In this document: positions 7,518 through 17,063 of the stretch, one piece after another | Layout of the letters: each line of letters starts with the position of its first letter | How positions within the stretch are numbered: the first letter of the stretch is position 1 | Origin: an uncultured Candidatus Planktophila sp. | GTDB taxonomy: Bacteria; Actinomycetota; Actinomycetes; Nanopelagicales; Nanopelagicaceae | NCBI GenBank assembly: GCA_937975715.1 | Contig: CALJUA010000065.1 | Coordinates: forward strand, 4,796-68,795 | DNA: 64,000 nucleotides | Direction of reading: 5' to 3' | Notes under the pieces: model-generated | Told to the model about the DNA's origin: nothing | The model's input: the letters and a program-made list of their open reading frames with translations, nothing else | The model's database searches: none | Translations under genes and position numbers: made by a program

Positions 7518-10340
7518 ATGTCAGATACGGTCATCAATCGACCAACATCGAAGGTTAAGGGCGGAAAAGGCTTAACCATCGAACGCATCTACACAAACGA
7601 AGGCATCCACCCTTATGACGAGGTCAAGTGGGATCGCCGCGATGTTGTGCAGCAGAACTGGAAGACAGGCGAAGTTGTTTTCGAACAACGCGGCGTCGAG
7701 TTCCCAGATTTCTGGTCTGTTAACGCATCGACAATCGTTACAACAAAGTATTTCCGTGGCGCAGTCGGTGCAGATAACCGCGAGTGGTCACTCAAGCAGG
7801 TAATCGATCGTGTTGTCCTTACATATGTAAAGGCTGGCAAGGATTTCGGTTACTTCGCAACAGATAAGGATGCAACAATCTTCGAGCACGAGCTCACACA
7901 TATGTTGTTGCACCAGATCTTCTCATTCAACTCACCAGTGTGGTTCAACGTTGGAACAGCAGCACCTCAGCAGGTTTCTGCATGCTTCATCTTGTCTGTT
8001 GACGACACAATGGATTCAATCCTTAACTGGTACCGCGAAGAAGGAATGATCTTTAAGGGCGGTTCTGGTGCCGGTCTTAACCTTTCTCGTATTCGTTCAT
8101 CAAAGGAACTTCTCAAGTCAGGTGGAACAGCTTCTGGTCCTGTTTCATTTATGCGCGGTGCGGATGCATCTGCAGGAACAATCAAATCTGGTGGCGCAAC
8201 CCGTCGCGCTGCAAAGATGGTTGTTCTCGATGTAGATCACCCAGATATCGAAGAATTCATCGAGACAAAGGTTTCAGAAGAGCAGAAGATTCGCGCACTC
8301 CGCGACGCTGGCTTCGACATGGACCTCGGTGGCAAGGACATCATCTCTGTTCAGTATCAGAACGCTAATAACTCAGTCCGTGTTTCAGATGAGTTCATGC
8401 GCGCATACGAGAACGGCACAGAGTTCGGTCTTAAGGCACGTTCAACTGGTGAAGTAATCGAGACAACAGATGCTCGCAAACTCTTCCGCAAGATGGCAGA
8501 AGCTGCATGGGCATGTGCTGATCCTGGAATCCAGTACGACGACACCATCAACGATTGGCACACAAACCCAGAGTCAGGTCGCATCAATGCGTCAAACCCT
8601 TGCTCTGAGTACATGTCACTCGATAACTCATCATGTAACTTGGCTTCACTTAACTTGATGAAGTTCCTCAAGGCTGATGGTTCATTCGATGCAAAGACAT
8701 TCGGCAAGGCAGCAGAGATGATCATTACAGCAATGGATATCTCAATCTGCTTCGCAGACTTCCCAACAGAGGCGATTGGCGTAACAACACGTGCATACCG
8801 TCAGCTCGGAATCGGTTATGCAAACCTCGGTGCACTTCTTATGGCATCAGGTCTTGCATACGACTCAGAGGGTGGACGCGCACTTGCTGGTGCAATCACA
8901 TCACTCATGTCAGGTATCACCTACAAGCGCTCAGCAGAACTCGCTGGCATTGTTGGTCCATACGAAGGCTTCGCACCAAACGCTGCAGCACATGCACGTG
9001 TAATGCGTAAGCACGCTGCTGCATCATCTGCTGCAAAGCACGAGACAACTCTCGATATCGATGTATGGGCAGAGGCGAACAAGGCATGGGATGCATGTCT
9101 CTCAACCGGCGATAAGAACGGATGGCGCAACGCGCAGATCTCGGTTCTTGCACCAACAGGAACAATCGGTTTGATGATGGATTGCGATACAACAGGTATC
9201 GAGCCAGACTTCTCACTCGTTAAGTTCAAGAAGCTCGTCGGTGGCGGTTCAATGCAGATTGTGAACCAGACAGTTCCACAGGCACTTCGTAAGCTTGGTT
9301 ATGCAGAAGAGACAATCGAAGCAATCGTTGAGTTCATTGCAGCTAACGGTCACGTTATCGACGCTCCTGGTCTTAAGACAGAGCACTACGACGTATTCGA
9401 TTGCGCACTTGGTGCACGATCAATCGCTCCAATGGGCCACGTCCGCATGATGGCTGCATGCCAGCCATTCTTGTCAGGTGCAATCTCAAAGACAGTGAAC
9501 CTCCCAGAGGATGCAACTGTTGAAGAGGTAGAAGAGGTTTACTACCAGGGATGGAAGCTCGGCCTTAAGGCTCTCGCTGTATATCGCGATAACTGCAAGG
9601 TTGGTCAGCCACTCTCAGACGGTAAAGCGAAGAAGAAGGACGTTGAAGTTGTAGAGGTTGCAAAGCCTGTACGTAAGCGCCTTCCAAAGTCACGCCCTGC
9701 AACAACAACTTCATTCTCTGTTGGTGGCGCAGAGGGTTACATGACTGCAGGAGCATATGAAGATGGCGCACTTGGCGAGGTCTTCTTGAAGCTCGGTAAG
9801 CAGGGATCAACCCTCGCAGGTGTGATGGATGCATTCTCAATCGCAGTATCAATTGGTCTTCAGTACGGAGTACCTCTTGAGACATTCGTAGAGAAGTTCA
9901 CAAACCTTCGCTTCGAGCCATCAGGTATGACAGATGACAAGGATGTTCGCATGGCACAGTCCATGATGGATTACATCTTCCGTCGCCTCGCACTTGATTA
10001 CCTTCCATTCGAACAGCGTTCAGCAATGGGTCTCTACACAGTCGCAGAGCGCGAGCAGGCACTGAACAATGGTGGCGAGTACGCACCTGTTGCGAGTGTT
10101 GATACCCCAAAAGCACCTGTAGCTGCGGCGGCTCCTGCGGTTGCTCCAAAGGCTGAGGTAAAGATTGAAGCAAAGCCTGCAGCTGCAGTAGCTCCAACAA
10201 TCGGATCTTCATCTGATCTTCTTGAGTCCATGGGAATCAAGTCAGATGCTCCGCTATGTATGACATGTGGTGTGAAGATGCGTATGTCAGGTGCATGCTT
10301 CGTATGCGAAGGTTGCGGCAACACATCAGGTTGCAGCTAA
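7518..10340 (+). CDS. nrdJ: Vitamin B12-dependent (class II) ribonucleotide reductase
   Basis: FNSPVWFN, SACFI, NPCSE, APTGTI motifs and C-terminal TSCPD/zinc ribbon; follows nrdR. Confidence 0.96.
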   Translation: MSDTVINRPTSKVKGGKGLTIERIYTNEGIHPYDEVKWDRRDVVQQNWKTGEVVFEQRGVEFPDFWSVNASTIVTTKYFRGAVGADNREWSLKQVIDRVVLTYVKAGKDFGYFATDKDATIFEHELTHMLLHQIFSFNSPVWFNVGTAAPQQVSACFILSVDDTMDSILNWYREEGMIFKGGSGAGLNLSRIRSSKELLKSGGTASGPVSFMRGADASAGTIKSGGATRRAAKMVVLDVDHPDIEEFIETKVSEEQKIRALRDAGFDMDLGGKDIISVQYQNANNSVRVSDEFMRAYENGTEFGLKARSTGEVIETTDARKLFRKMAEAAWACADPGIQYDDTINDWHTNPESGRINASNPCSEYMSLDNSSCNLASLNLMKFLKADGSFDAKTFGKAAEMIITAMDISICFADFPTEAIGVTTRAYRQLGIGYANLGALLMASGLAYDSEGGRALAGAITSLMSGITYKRSAELAGIVGPYEGFAPNAAAHARVMRKHAAASSAAKHETTLDIDVWAEANKAWDACLSTGDKNGWRNAQISVLAPTGTIGLMMDCDTTGIEPDFSLVKFKKLVGGGSMQIVNQTVPQALRKLGYAEETIEAIVEFIAANGHVIDAPGLKTEHYDVFDCALGARSIAPMGHVRMMAACQPFLSGAISKTVNLPEDATVEEVEEVYYQGWKLGLKALAVYRDNCKVGQPLSDGKAKKKDVEVVEVAKPVRKRLPKSRPATTTSFSVGGAEGYMTAGAYEDGALGEVFLKLGKQGSTLAGVMDAFSIAVSIGLQYGVPLETFVEKFTNLRFEPSGMTDDKDVRMAQSMMDYIFRRLALDYLPFEQRSAMGLYTVAEREQALNNGGEYAPVASVDTPKAPVAAAAPAVAPKAEVKIEAKPAAAVAPTIGSSSDLLESMGIKSDAPLCMTCGVKMRMSGACFVCEGCGNTSGCS

Positions 10341-10356
10341 TCTCTAGCTGATTTAC

Positions 10357-10394
10357 CAAGAACCCCGTCTCAATTGAGGCGGGGTTCTTGCTTT
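10357..10394 (+). terminator. Intrinsic terminator after nrdJ
   Basis: CAAGAACCCCGTCTC-AATT-GAGGCGGGGTTCTTG followed by CTTT. Confidence 0.8.
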
Positions 10395-10433
10395 GATTCG
10401 CACCTTTTGCCGACAGGCAATATATTTAAGGCA

Positions 10434-10557
10434 TTGTTATCGGGGTCGATGTAATTTCGAACCGGCGGTTATAGTCCGCGACCCGCACGCAGCCAGTGTG
10501 CGGTTGACTCAGTGAAATTCTGAGACCGACGGTTAAAGTCCGGATGAGAGATAACGA
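10434..10557 (+). ncRNA. FMN riboswitch (RFN element)
   Basis: CGGGG...ACCGGCGGT..AGTCCGCGA...GTGAAATTC...CCGACGGTTAAAGTCCGGATGAGAG, closed by TTGTTATC/GATAACGA; upstream of ribD. Confidence 0.95.
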
Positions 10558-10649
10558 TTGCGCACTGCGCACCCATTGTGGGGTGCGTTGGCGTTTTCTT
10601 TTGCATACCCCCGATAACTCGTGCAACACCAAACGAGATAGGGGATGAG

Positions 10650-11651
10650 ATGTTAAATATCGCAGATGCATATTCGCATCTTCATTCCCTCTGCCTCTCT
10701 GTCCTCGGTAATAGCGCACCGAATCCCAATGTCGCAGCTGCAATTTATGCAGCAGATGGATCTTTGATCGCTGATGGCGTTCATAATCGCCAGGTATCTA
10801 CCGATCATGCAGAAGTTGTTGCACTGAAGAAAGCTGGGGCAGCTGCTCGCGGGGCAACCATTGTTGTTTCGCTTGAGCCATGCAATCACGCTGGAACAAC
10901 TGGTCCATGTGTTGATGCAATTATCGAAGCCGGCATTGTGCGCGTTATCTTTGCAGTGAAGGATCCCAACCCTGTTGCAGCAGGCGGGGCAGAACGTTTG
11001 AAATCTGCTGGAATCGCTGTTGAATTTGTCGAAAGCAGCGAACTTCGCGATGCGCAAGGTGCCTGGTTGCACCGCATCGCAACTGGTCGTCCTTACATAA
11101 TCTGGAAGGTGGCAACGACTCTCGATGGTCGCATCGCAGCCAGCGATGGCACATCACAGTGGATCTCATCGGATGCATCACGATCAGATGTACAGAAGCT
11201 GCGCGCACAATCAGATGCAATTCTGATCGGCACCGGCACCGCACTTGCTGATAATCCAACGTTGCGGCCACGCATTGATGGCGCCTCCAATCCGCTTCGT
11301 ATCGTGATGGGTAGCCGTGATGTACCGGCGGATTTCAATCTCAATGACGGAATTAGCCAGACGATCTTTCTGAAGAGTCGTTCAGTTGATGAACTCTATA
11401 AAGCCTTGGATTACCTACCGGTCAATCAAGTACTTGTTGAGGCGGGGCCAACTCTGGGAAGTGCTCTCTTTGCAGCAAGTGTCATTGATGAAGTTGTTAT
11501 CTACCAAGCGCCTAAAGCACTTGGTAGCGGTCGCACCTGGTTGGAAGCAATTGGTGTGGCAACAATTAGCGATGCTGCGAAGTTTGAGTTGCTATCTACC
11601 GAACAAATCGGTGTTGATTTGAAGTTCCGATATAGAGTGGAGAAGCGCTGA
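10650..11651 (+). CDS. ribD: Bifunctional riboflavin deaminase/reductase
   Basis: PNPNV, HAE, SLEPCNH..TTGPC deaminase motifs; TLDGRIA, SQWIS, DNPTL reductase motifs. Confidence 0.95.
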   Translation: MLNIADAYSHLHSLCLSVLGNSAPNPNVAAAIYAADGSLIADGVHNRQVSTDHAEVVALKKAGAAARGATIVVSLEPCNHAGTTGPCVDAIIEAGIVRVIFAVKDPNPVAAGGAERLKSAGIAVEFVESSELRDAQGAWLHRIATGRPYIIWKVATTLDGRIAASDGTSQWISSDASRSDVQKLRAQSDAILIGTGTALADNPTLRPRIDGASNPLRIVMGSRDVPADFNLNDGISQTIFLKSRSVDELYKALDYLPVNQVLVEAGPTLGSALFAASVIDEVVIYQAPKALGSGRTWLEAIGVATISDAAKFELLSTEQIGVDLKFRYRVEKR

Positions 11652-12256
11652 TGTTTACTGGATTGGTAGCCGAGCTTGGCAAAGTCACTGCGATTTCTCG
11701 CGGTGAAACATCATCGGTGCTTACCGTCTTTGCACCAGCCCTCACGCCAGAGCTCTCGATCGGTGATTCGATTGCAGTAAATGGCACATGTTTAACAGCA
11801 ACCTCGCTGACGGCAGATTCATTTACTGCTGATGTGATGGTGCAGACCTTGTCGCTGACTTCACTTGGAAAATTGGAAGAGGGATCAGCGGTTAATCTGG
11901 AGCTCGCAGCACAAATGGATATGCGGATGGGCGGTCACATCGTGCAGGGACACGTGGATGGCGTTGCCACCGTTGTTTCGCGCACACCGGGGGAGAAGTG
12001 GGAGCAATGTGTAATTGCAGTCCCTGCCGATCTCTCTCGGTACATCGTGAACCAGGGTTCAATCTGCGTTGATGGTGTTTCACTTACTGTGGGCGAGATC
12101 AACGATGAGAATAATCAGGTAACGCTTTGGTTGATTCCGGAGACTCTTGCCAAGACCAATCTTTCACTTAAATCACCTGGCGATATCGTTAACATCGAAG
12201 TCGATATCTTGGCGAAGTACGTCGAGCGCCTTATCTCAAAGGGCGGTAATCGATAA
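11651..12256 (+). CDS. ribE: Riboflavin synthase (alpha subunit)
   Basis: MFTGLV N-terminus, [22 protein letters not shown]. Confidence 0.96.
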   Translation: MFTGLVAELGKVTAISRGETSSVLTVFAPALTPELSIGDSIAVNGTCLTATSLTADSFTADVMVQTLSLTSLGKLEEGSAVNLELAAQMDMRMGGHIVQGHVDGVATVVSRTPGEKWEQCVIAVPADLSRYIVNQGSICVDGVSLTVGEINDENNQVTLWLIPETLAKTNLSLKSPGDIVNIEVDILAKYVERLISKGGNR

Positions 12257-13449
12257 TGTCGATCACAGATGCGTTAGCTGATTTTGCAGCAGGAAAGTTC
12301 CTGATTGTTACCGACGACGAATCCCGCGAGAACGAGGGCGACCTCATTGTTCTGGCAGAGAAGGTCACTGCTGAGCAAACTGCATTTATGGTCCGCCATA
12401 CAACTGGAATTCTCTGCGTTGCTATCGATAAGGCAACAGCGCGCAGACTTGAGTTGCCGATGATGTATGAGAGCAATCAAGATAAGCGCAAGACTGCATT
12501 TACTGTCTCCGTTGATGCCGTTGCTGGTCTCACCACCGGAGTCAGCGCAACTGAGCGCACAACCACTATTCGCACACTTGCTTCAAGAACAGCAACTGCG
12601 AAGGACTTTGTCCGTCCAGGACACATCTTCCCGTTGGTGGCACATGAAGAAGGTCTTGCTGGCCGTGGTGGACATACCGAAGCTGGACTCGCGTTGGCTC
12701 AGCTTGTGGGTGGAACACCTGCTGCGCTGCTCTCTGAGATCGTTAACGATGATGGATCGATGGCTCGTGGCGAAGCGCTAGAAAAGTTTGCACGGGATCA
12801 TCAGATTAAGACAATCACTATTGAGGAATTAACAAAGCATTGGCAAGAAAATTATCAGCAAGGTGCGCAGGCGGTAGAGCTCAATTGGAGTGCTGTGCAG
12901 TTGCCGGAAGGCGCATGGCAGTTAGCAACATTTCCAGCGCTGAAGGCGCGTGATCATGTGATTGCCCGCTTCGGTGGCGGAACTCATCAACCGCTCGTTC
13001 GAGTTCACTCTGAATGTTTTACCGGTGATGTATTGGGCTCACTTCGTTGCGACTGCGGAGACCAGCTCGCGCTATCAAAGAAATTAATATCCGAACACGG
13101 CTTTGGTTACATCATCTACGTCCGCGATCACGAAGGCCGTGGCGTTGGACTTGCCGAAAAACTGAAGGCATATCAACTGCAGGATGAAGGATTAGATACG
13201 GTAGAAGCGAATGTGAAGCTCGGCCATCCAATCGATGCCCGCGAGTGGGACGATGTCATTGAGATATTGCATAGCCTTCAACTGCAGGACTTCACTCTGC
13301 TTACCAATAATCCAGAGAAGGTTGCCGTGCTTGTTGCTGCAGGATTTGCTGTGACCCAGAAGAACTTGGCGGCAGAGATTCATCCATTTAATCAAAGATA
13401 TATCGAGACCAAGCGAGCAAAGCTCGGACATGAAAGAGAGAATGCATAA
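12256..13449 (+). CDS. ribBA: Bifunctional DHBP synthase / GTP cyclohydrolase II
   Basis: [23 protein letters not shown]; [37 protein letters not shown]. Confidence 0.95.
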   Translation: MSITDALADFAAGKFLIVTDDESRENEGDLIVLAEKVTAEQTAFMVRHTTGILCVAIDKATARRLELPMMYESNQDKRKTAFTVSVDAVAGLTTGVSATERTTTIRTLASRTATAKDFVRPGHIFPLVAHEEGLAGRGGHTEAGLALAQLVGGTPAALLSEIVNDDGSMARGEALEKFARDHQIKTITIEELTKHWQENYQQGAQAVELNWSAVQLPEGAWQLATFPALKARDHVIARFGGGTHQPLVRVHSECFTGDVLGSLRCDCGDQLALSKKLISEHGFGYIIYVRDHEGRGVGLAEKLKAYQLQDEGLDTVEANVKLGHPIDAREWDDVIEILHSLQLQDFTLLTNNPEKVAVLVAAGFAVTQKNLAAEIHPFNQRYIETKRAKLGHERENA

Positions 13450-13898
13450 TGGCCGGACACGCACCAGAGATCACAGTCCCACAGCATCCAAAGGCGAAGG
13501 TTGCGATCATCTCTTCATCGTGGCACCCAGATATTTGTGAATCACTCATTGCAGGTGCTCGTCGCGCACTAGAGGCAGCATCGGTTGAGAAGATCGAAGT
13601 CATTTATGTTCCAGGTTCTTTTGAGATCCCACTTGCCGCACAGCACGCATTTGAAAAGGGATTCGATGCAGTTGTTGCAGTAGGTCTTGTGCTTCAGGGC
13701 GAGACACCTCACTTTGATTATGTCTGCCAGGGGGTCACACAGGGCGTCATCGATGTGCAGCTCAAGTTCTCAAAGCCAATTGGCTACGGCGTGCTGATGT
13801 GCAACGACCTCGATCAGGCAATTGCACGTTCCGGTCAGCCTGGTTCAAAGGAAGATAAGGGTTACGACAGCGCAATTGCAGCGCTGGCCTTAATGTAA
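13449..13898 (+). CDS. ribH: 6,7-dimethyl-8-ribityllumazine synthase
   Basis: VPGSFEIP, GETPHFDYVC, PIGYGVL, NKG-like DKG motifs. Confidence 0.96.
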   Translation: MAGHAPEITVPQHPKAKVAIISSSWHPDICESLIAGARRALEAASVEKIEVIYVPGSFEIPLAAQHAFEKGFDAVVAVGLVLQGETPHFDYVCQGVTQGVIDVQLKFSKPIGYGVLMCNDLDQAIARSGQPGSKEDKGYDSAIAALALM

Positions 13899-13947
13899 CC
13901 CGTAAAGGTTCTTTCTTTTGCTCGATAGCGGTGCTTCAATTTCCGCT

Positions 13948-15339
13948 ATGAGTCAATCAACGGTCGAGACGCTTGGCGTCGACACAATTCCAGAATCAGA
14001 ACGCACTGCAAAACCATCGAGCATCATTCCAATCTTTCTTGGATCGAATATGGCGCTCTCAGTCATGGTCTTTGGTTGGCTGGCAGTTCTCTATGGCTTG
14101 AGCTGGTGGCAATCAGTCTCTGCGATTCTGGTCGGCACAATTGTTGCAGCGCTCTTTGTCTCCTCGTCAGCACTTCTCGGATGGACTGGTGCCACAAATA
14201 ACTCAGTCGCATCAGGAGCAATTTTTGGCGTGCGCGGTCGTCTGATTGCATCCTTTGTCGGCCTTTTGCTCTGTATTCAATATGTGGCGTTAACAGTCTG
14301 GACCGGGGGAGAAATCATTTCTTCTGGTTGGGCGCGCATAACAAGCGGCAAAGTTACAGATGGCTTACTTGTCATTGGTTACCTCACCATTGCTATTGCA
14401 ATCGTTGCATTCGCTTTATTGGGTTACAAGTATTTGGTAAAGCTCAATAACGTCATCGTCTATGCGATGTATGCCCTTGCCCTGCTCTCCATCATCGCGC
14501 TCAGCGGTTCATTTGATTTCAGCTACGCCGGAACTCCAGATATGTACGCGCTAGGAACTTTCTGGCCAACTTGGTTCTTGGCAGTACTTACCTGTGGTGC
14601 TGCAGGTCCTATTTCCCTCGTTACACAAACCGGAGATTGGACCCGCTACGTTTCGGGATCTGCAAAGAAATCTGATGTCGTCCGTAATGCTTTTGTAGCA
14701 ATGACTATTGGGCTTGCAGTGCCAACCCTCTTCGGTGCATTCATAGCGGTGGCGGCATTTGATGAGAACTCTTTCGTTGCAGGTTACGTTGCAGGTTCTC
14801 CAACCTGGCTACTAATTCCACTTCTCTTAGTTGGTTTTGTTGGTTCACTCGGACAAGGCTCGGTCAACTTGTATTCAATGGGACTTGATATGGATGCAAT
14901 CTTGCCTCGTTTATCTCGTTTGCAATCAACACTGGTTGTTTCAGGCATTGCTACCGGCTTGGTATTCATCGGCAAATTCATCTATGACGCTGAAGCTGCA
15001 GTGACAAACGCATGCCTATTCCTAACAGCACTTGGCACAGCGTGGATTGCGATCGCCCTCTTTGGTTATTACCGAATGGGTGGAACGCTCCAGAAGGAAG
15101 ATCTGCAGGTCTTTAATAAGCGCAAGCAAGGCGGCCTGTATTGGTATCAAGCTGGATGGTCAATCAAAGCTACAACAGCTTGGGTTATTGGAAGCATCTG
15201 CGGCATCCTCGGCATATCGAGCGTCGACTACACCGGACCGATTGCAAATGCACTCGGTGGCGTCGATGTCTCTGTTATCGCTCCCGCGATCGTCGGAATT
15301 GCTATCTACTGGATCTGGGATCGCATCGACGCTCGGTAG
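13948..15339 (+). CDS. Purine-cytosine permease family (NCS1) transporter
   Basis: GVDTIPESER start, about 12 hydrophobic segments, GAIFGVRG, DWTRY, NLYSMGLD. Confidence 0.85.
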   Translation: MSQSTVETLGVDTIPESERTAKPSSIIPIFLGSNMALSVMVFGWLAVLYGLSWWQSVSAILVGTIVAALFVSSSALLGWTGATNNSVASGAIFGVRGRLIASFVGLLLCIQYVALTVWTGGEIISSGWARITSGKVTDGLLVIGYLTIAIAIVAFALLGYKYLVKLNNVIVYAMYALALLSIIALSGSFDFSYAGTPDMYALGTFWPTWFLAVLTCGAAGPISLVTQTGDWTRYVSGSAKKSDVVRNAFVAMTIGLAVPTLFGAFIAVAAFDENSFVAGYVAGSPTWLLIPLLLVGFVGSLGQGSVNLYSMGLDMDAILPRLSRLQSTLVVSGIATGLVFIGKFIYDAEAAVTNACLFLTALGTAWIAIALFGYYRMGGTLQKEDLQVFNKRKQGGLYWYQAGWSIKATTAWVIGSICGILGISSVDYTGPIANALGGVDVSVIAPAIVGIAIYWIWDRIDAR

Positions 15340-15414
15340 TTATTTGATTGCGAGAAAACGAGGCCACGGCTAATTTTAAGTGGAGAAAATAAGTGGCATA
15401 CTTCTCTTAGACAA

Positions 15415-15489
15415 CAGATGCACTTCTACGGATAGGCATCTGGAGGGCGGTGTCCGATCGGGTTTATCCAAACCTGACGGCCCGCCCTC
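15415..15489. ncRNA. Candidate structured RNA 3' of the DUF3800 gene (two abutting hairpins with complementary loops)
   Basis: CAGATGC/GCATCTG (15415-15442) abuts GAGGGCGG...CCGCCCTC (15443-15489, inner CCG/CGG and GGTTT/AAACC). Loops carry GGATA and TATCC. Confidence 0.55.
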
Positions 15490-15494
15490 GTCCT

Positions 15495-16112
15495 TTAATT
15501 GAAATAAATATTATTAAGGATTCTCCTCCGATCCAGGAGATTAAAAACTTCTGAATCCTGACCAAGAATATGTACACGAGCCGCATAAGCAGCCAAATCC
15601 GCACAGTGCAAAAGTGGTTCCTTTTGATCAGTTAAATGAGTCATTCGCATATTTTGTGCAACTCTTCCTGCATTAATTTCATAATTAAGATTTCTTCGAT
15701 CAGAGTGATTTGCATGAAGGAAGAGTTTTCCGTGGCCAACACTTTCTCGGGAATCCAGGATGAGATTGAAATACCCATCCTTAGAGAGTTCACCAAAAAG
15801 CGTTCTGAGACAGAGTGCCCTTGCAGCCTCAAGTGAAGCTAGATATTGCCAGTTATAAGAAATATATACTCTTGGCGAAATCTCATTTATCCATTGAACA
15901 AGTCTCTTTGGTTGCAATCTCATTTTCTTCTTAAATTGTTCTGAAGATTTATAGGTTTCGAGTGTGATGATTTTCCGCAATTCTGAATGCATCTCAAGGG
16001 ATGAATGCGGAAGAATGACTGCGGCTATGACATAGATATCTGGAAGTGGATATTGGCGCGACATGCTCTCATCAATAAAGACCGAATACTTATTGGGGTG
16101 TCCAATTTCCAT
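15495..16112 (-). CDS. DUF3800-domain protein (RNase H-like fold)
   Basis: N-terminal VFIDES, internal LILDSRE, C-terminal EPLLHCADLAAYAAR; visibly AT-richer than neighbours. Confidence 0.8.
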   Translation of the reverse strand: MEIGHPNKYSVFIDESMSRQYPLPDIYVIAAVILPHSSLEMHSELRKIITLETYKSSEQFKKKMRLQPKRLVQWINEISPRVYISYNWQYLASLEAARALCLRTLFGELSKDGYFNLILDSRESVGHGKLFLHANHSDRRNLNYEINAGRVAQNMRMTHLTDQKEPLLHCADLAAYAARVHILGQDSEVFNLLDRRRILNNIYFN

Positions 16113-16225
16113 TGAACGATAATTACTTGAGCAACTGACAAGCTCTCTTGCATATCCCCAGAATTCAAACGCTCAGTAATTTATTTATAGAAAAGAACAA
16201 CTTTAAATAATAAAACTACTTTGAG

Positions 16226-16999
16226 TTAAGCGACGAGAAGTGAGCGCTTAGATAGTCCCATCCAGAAACCTTCGATAAGAGTCTCTGGCGCTGCATCGAT
16301 ATCGCTGCCAGCACCAAGGGCAACAAAGAGCGGAGTGAAGTGCTCGACAGTTGGGTGTGCATACTGAACTGCAGGAGCGAGATCCTTATATGCAGCAAGT
16401 GAATCGATATCTCCTTTAGCAAGTCGCTCTGCCGCCCAGGTATCAAACTCAGATGACCATCCTGGTGCTTTCGCATCAATAGACCAATCGCGAAGGAAGG
16501 GAAGTCCGTGAGTCATAAAGCCAGAGCCGATAATCAAGACACCTTCATCGCGAAGTGGAGCAAGGCGACGGCCGAATTCAATCAGCTTTCCAGGATCTGA
16601 TGTTGGCATCGACATTTGAAGAACTGGAATATCGTGATCTGGATACATCACGCGAAGTGGAACCCACGCGCCGTGATCGAGTCCACGCTTTGATTCATGT
16701 AAAGGATCTGACTTAGGCATCATCGCTGTAATGCGTGCAGCTAGAGCGGTGGCATCGGGAGTCTCGTATGTCATCTCAAAGAACTTCTGGGCAAAGCCAC
16801 CGAAGTCATAGACAAGCGGAGTGCCGGCGTGGGGACTAGTAATTGCAATGGGAGCTGATTCCCAGTGAGCCGAGATAATCAAGATTGCCTTTGGTTTCTC
16901 AAACTTCTTTGTGATTGCAGCCAACTCACCGCTCCAGACAGGATCGTCGAGCAGCAACGGTGCACCGTGGCCGATATAGAGGGCAGGCATCTTTTCCAT
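16226..16999 (-). CDS. DODA-type extradiol ring-cleavage dioxygenase (YgiD/LigB family)
   Basis: YIGHGAP, ISAHWE, RGLDHGAWVPL, GSGFMTH, AHPTVEHFTPL. Confidence 0.9.
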   Translation of the reverse strand: MEKMPALYIGHGAPLLLDDPVWSGELAAITKKFEKPKAILIISAHWESAPIAITSPHAGTPLVYDFGGFAQKFFEMTYETPDATALAARITAMMPKSDPLHESKRGLDHGAWVPLRVMYPDHDIPVLQMSMPTSDPGKLIEFGRRLAPLRDEGVLIIGSGFMTHGLPFLRDWSIDAKAPGWSSEFDTWAAERLAKGDIDSLAAYKDLAPAVQYAHPTVEHFTPLFVALGAGSDIDAAPETLIEGFWMGLSKRSLLVA

Positions 17000-17017
17000 G
17001 GCTAGAGCATATCAGAA

Positions 17018-17037
17018 GTAGTTGAAATTTCAACTAC
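17018..17037. promoter_or_regulatory. Perfect 20-bp palindromic operator upstream of the dioxygenase
   Basis: GTAGTTGAAA/TTTCAACTAC, just upstream of the -10 (TATGCT, 17006-17011) of a leaderless gene. Confidence 0.75.
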
Positions 17038-17063
17038 ATTTCTAACGAGCTAAAAGAGGCGTT

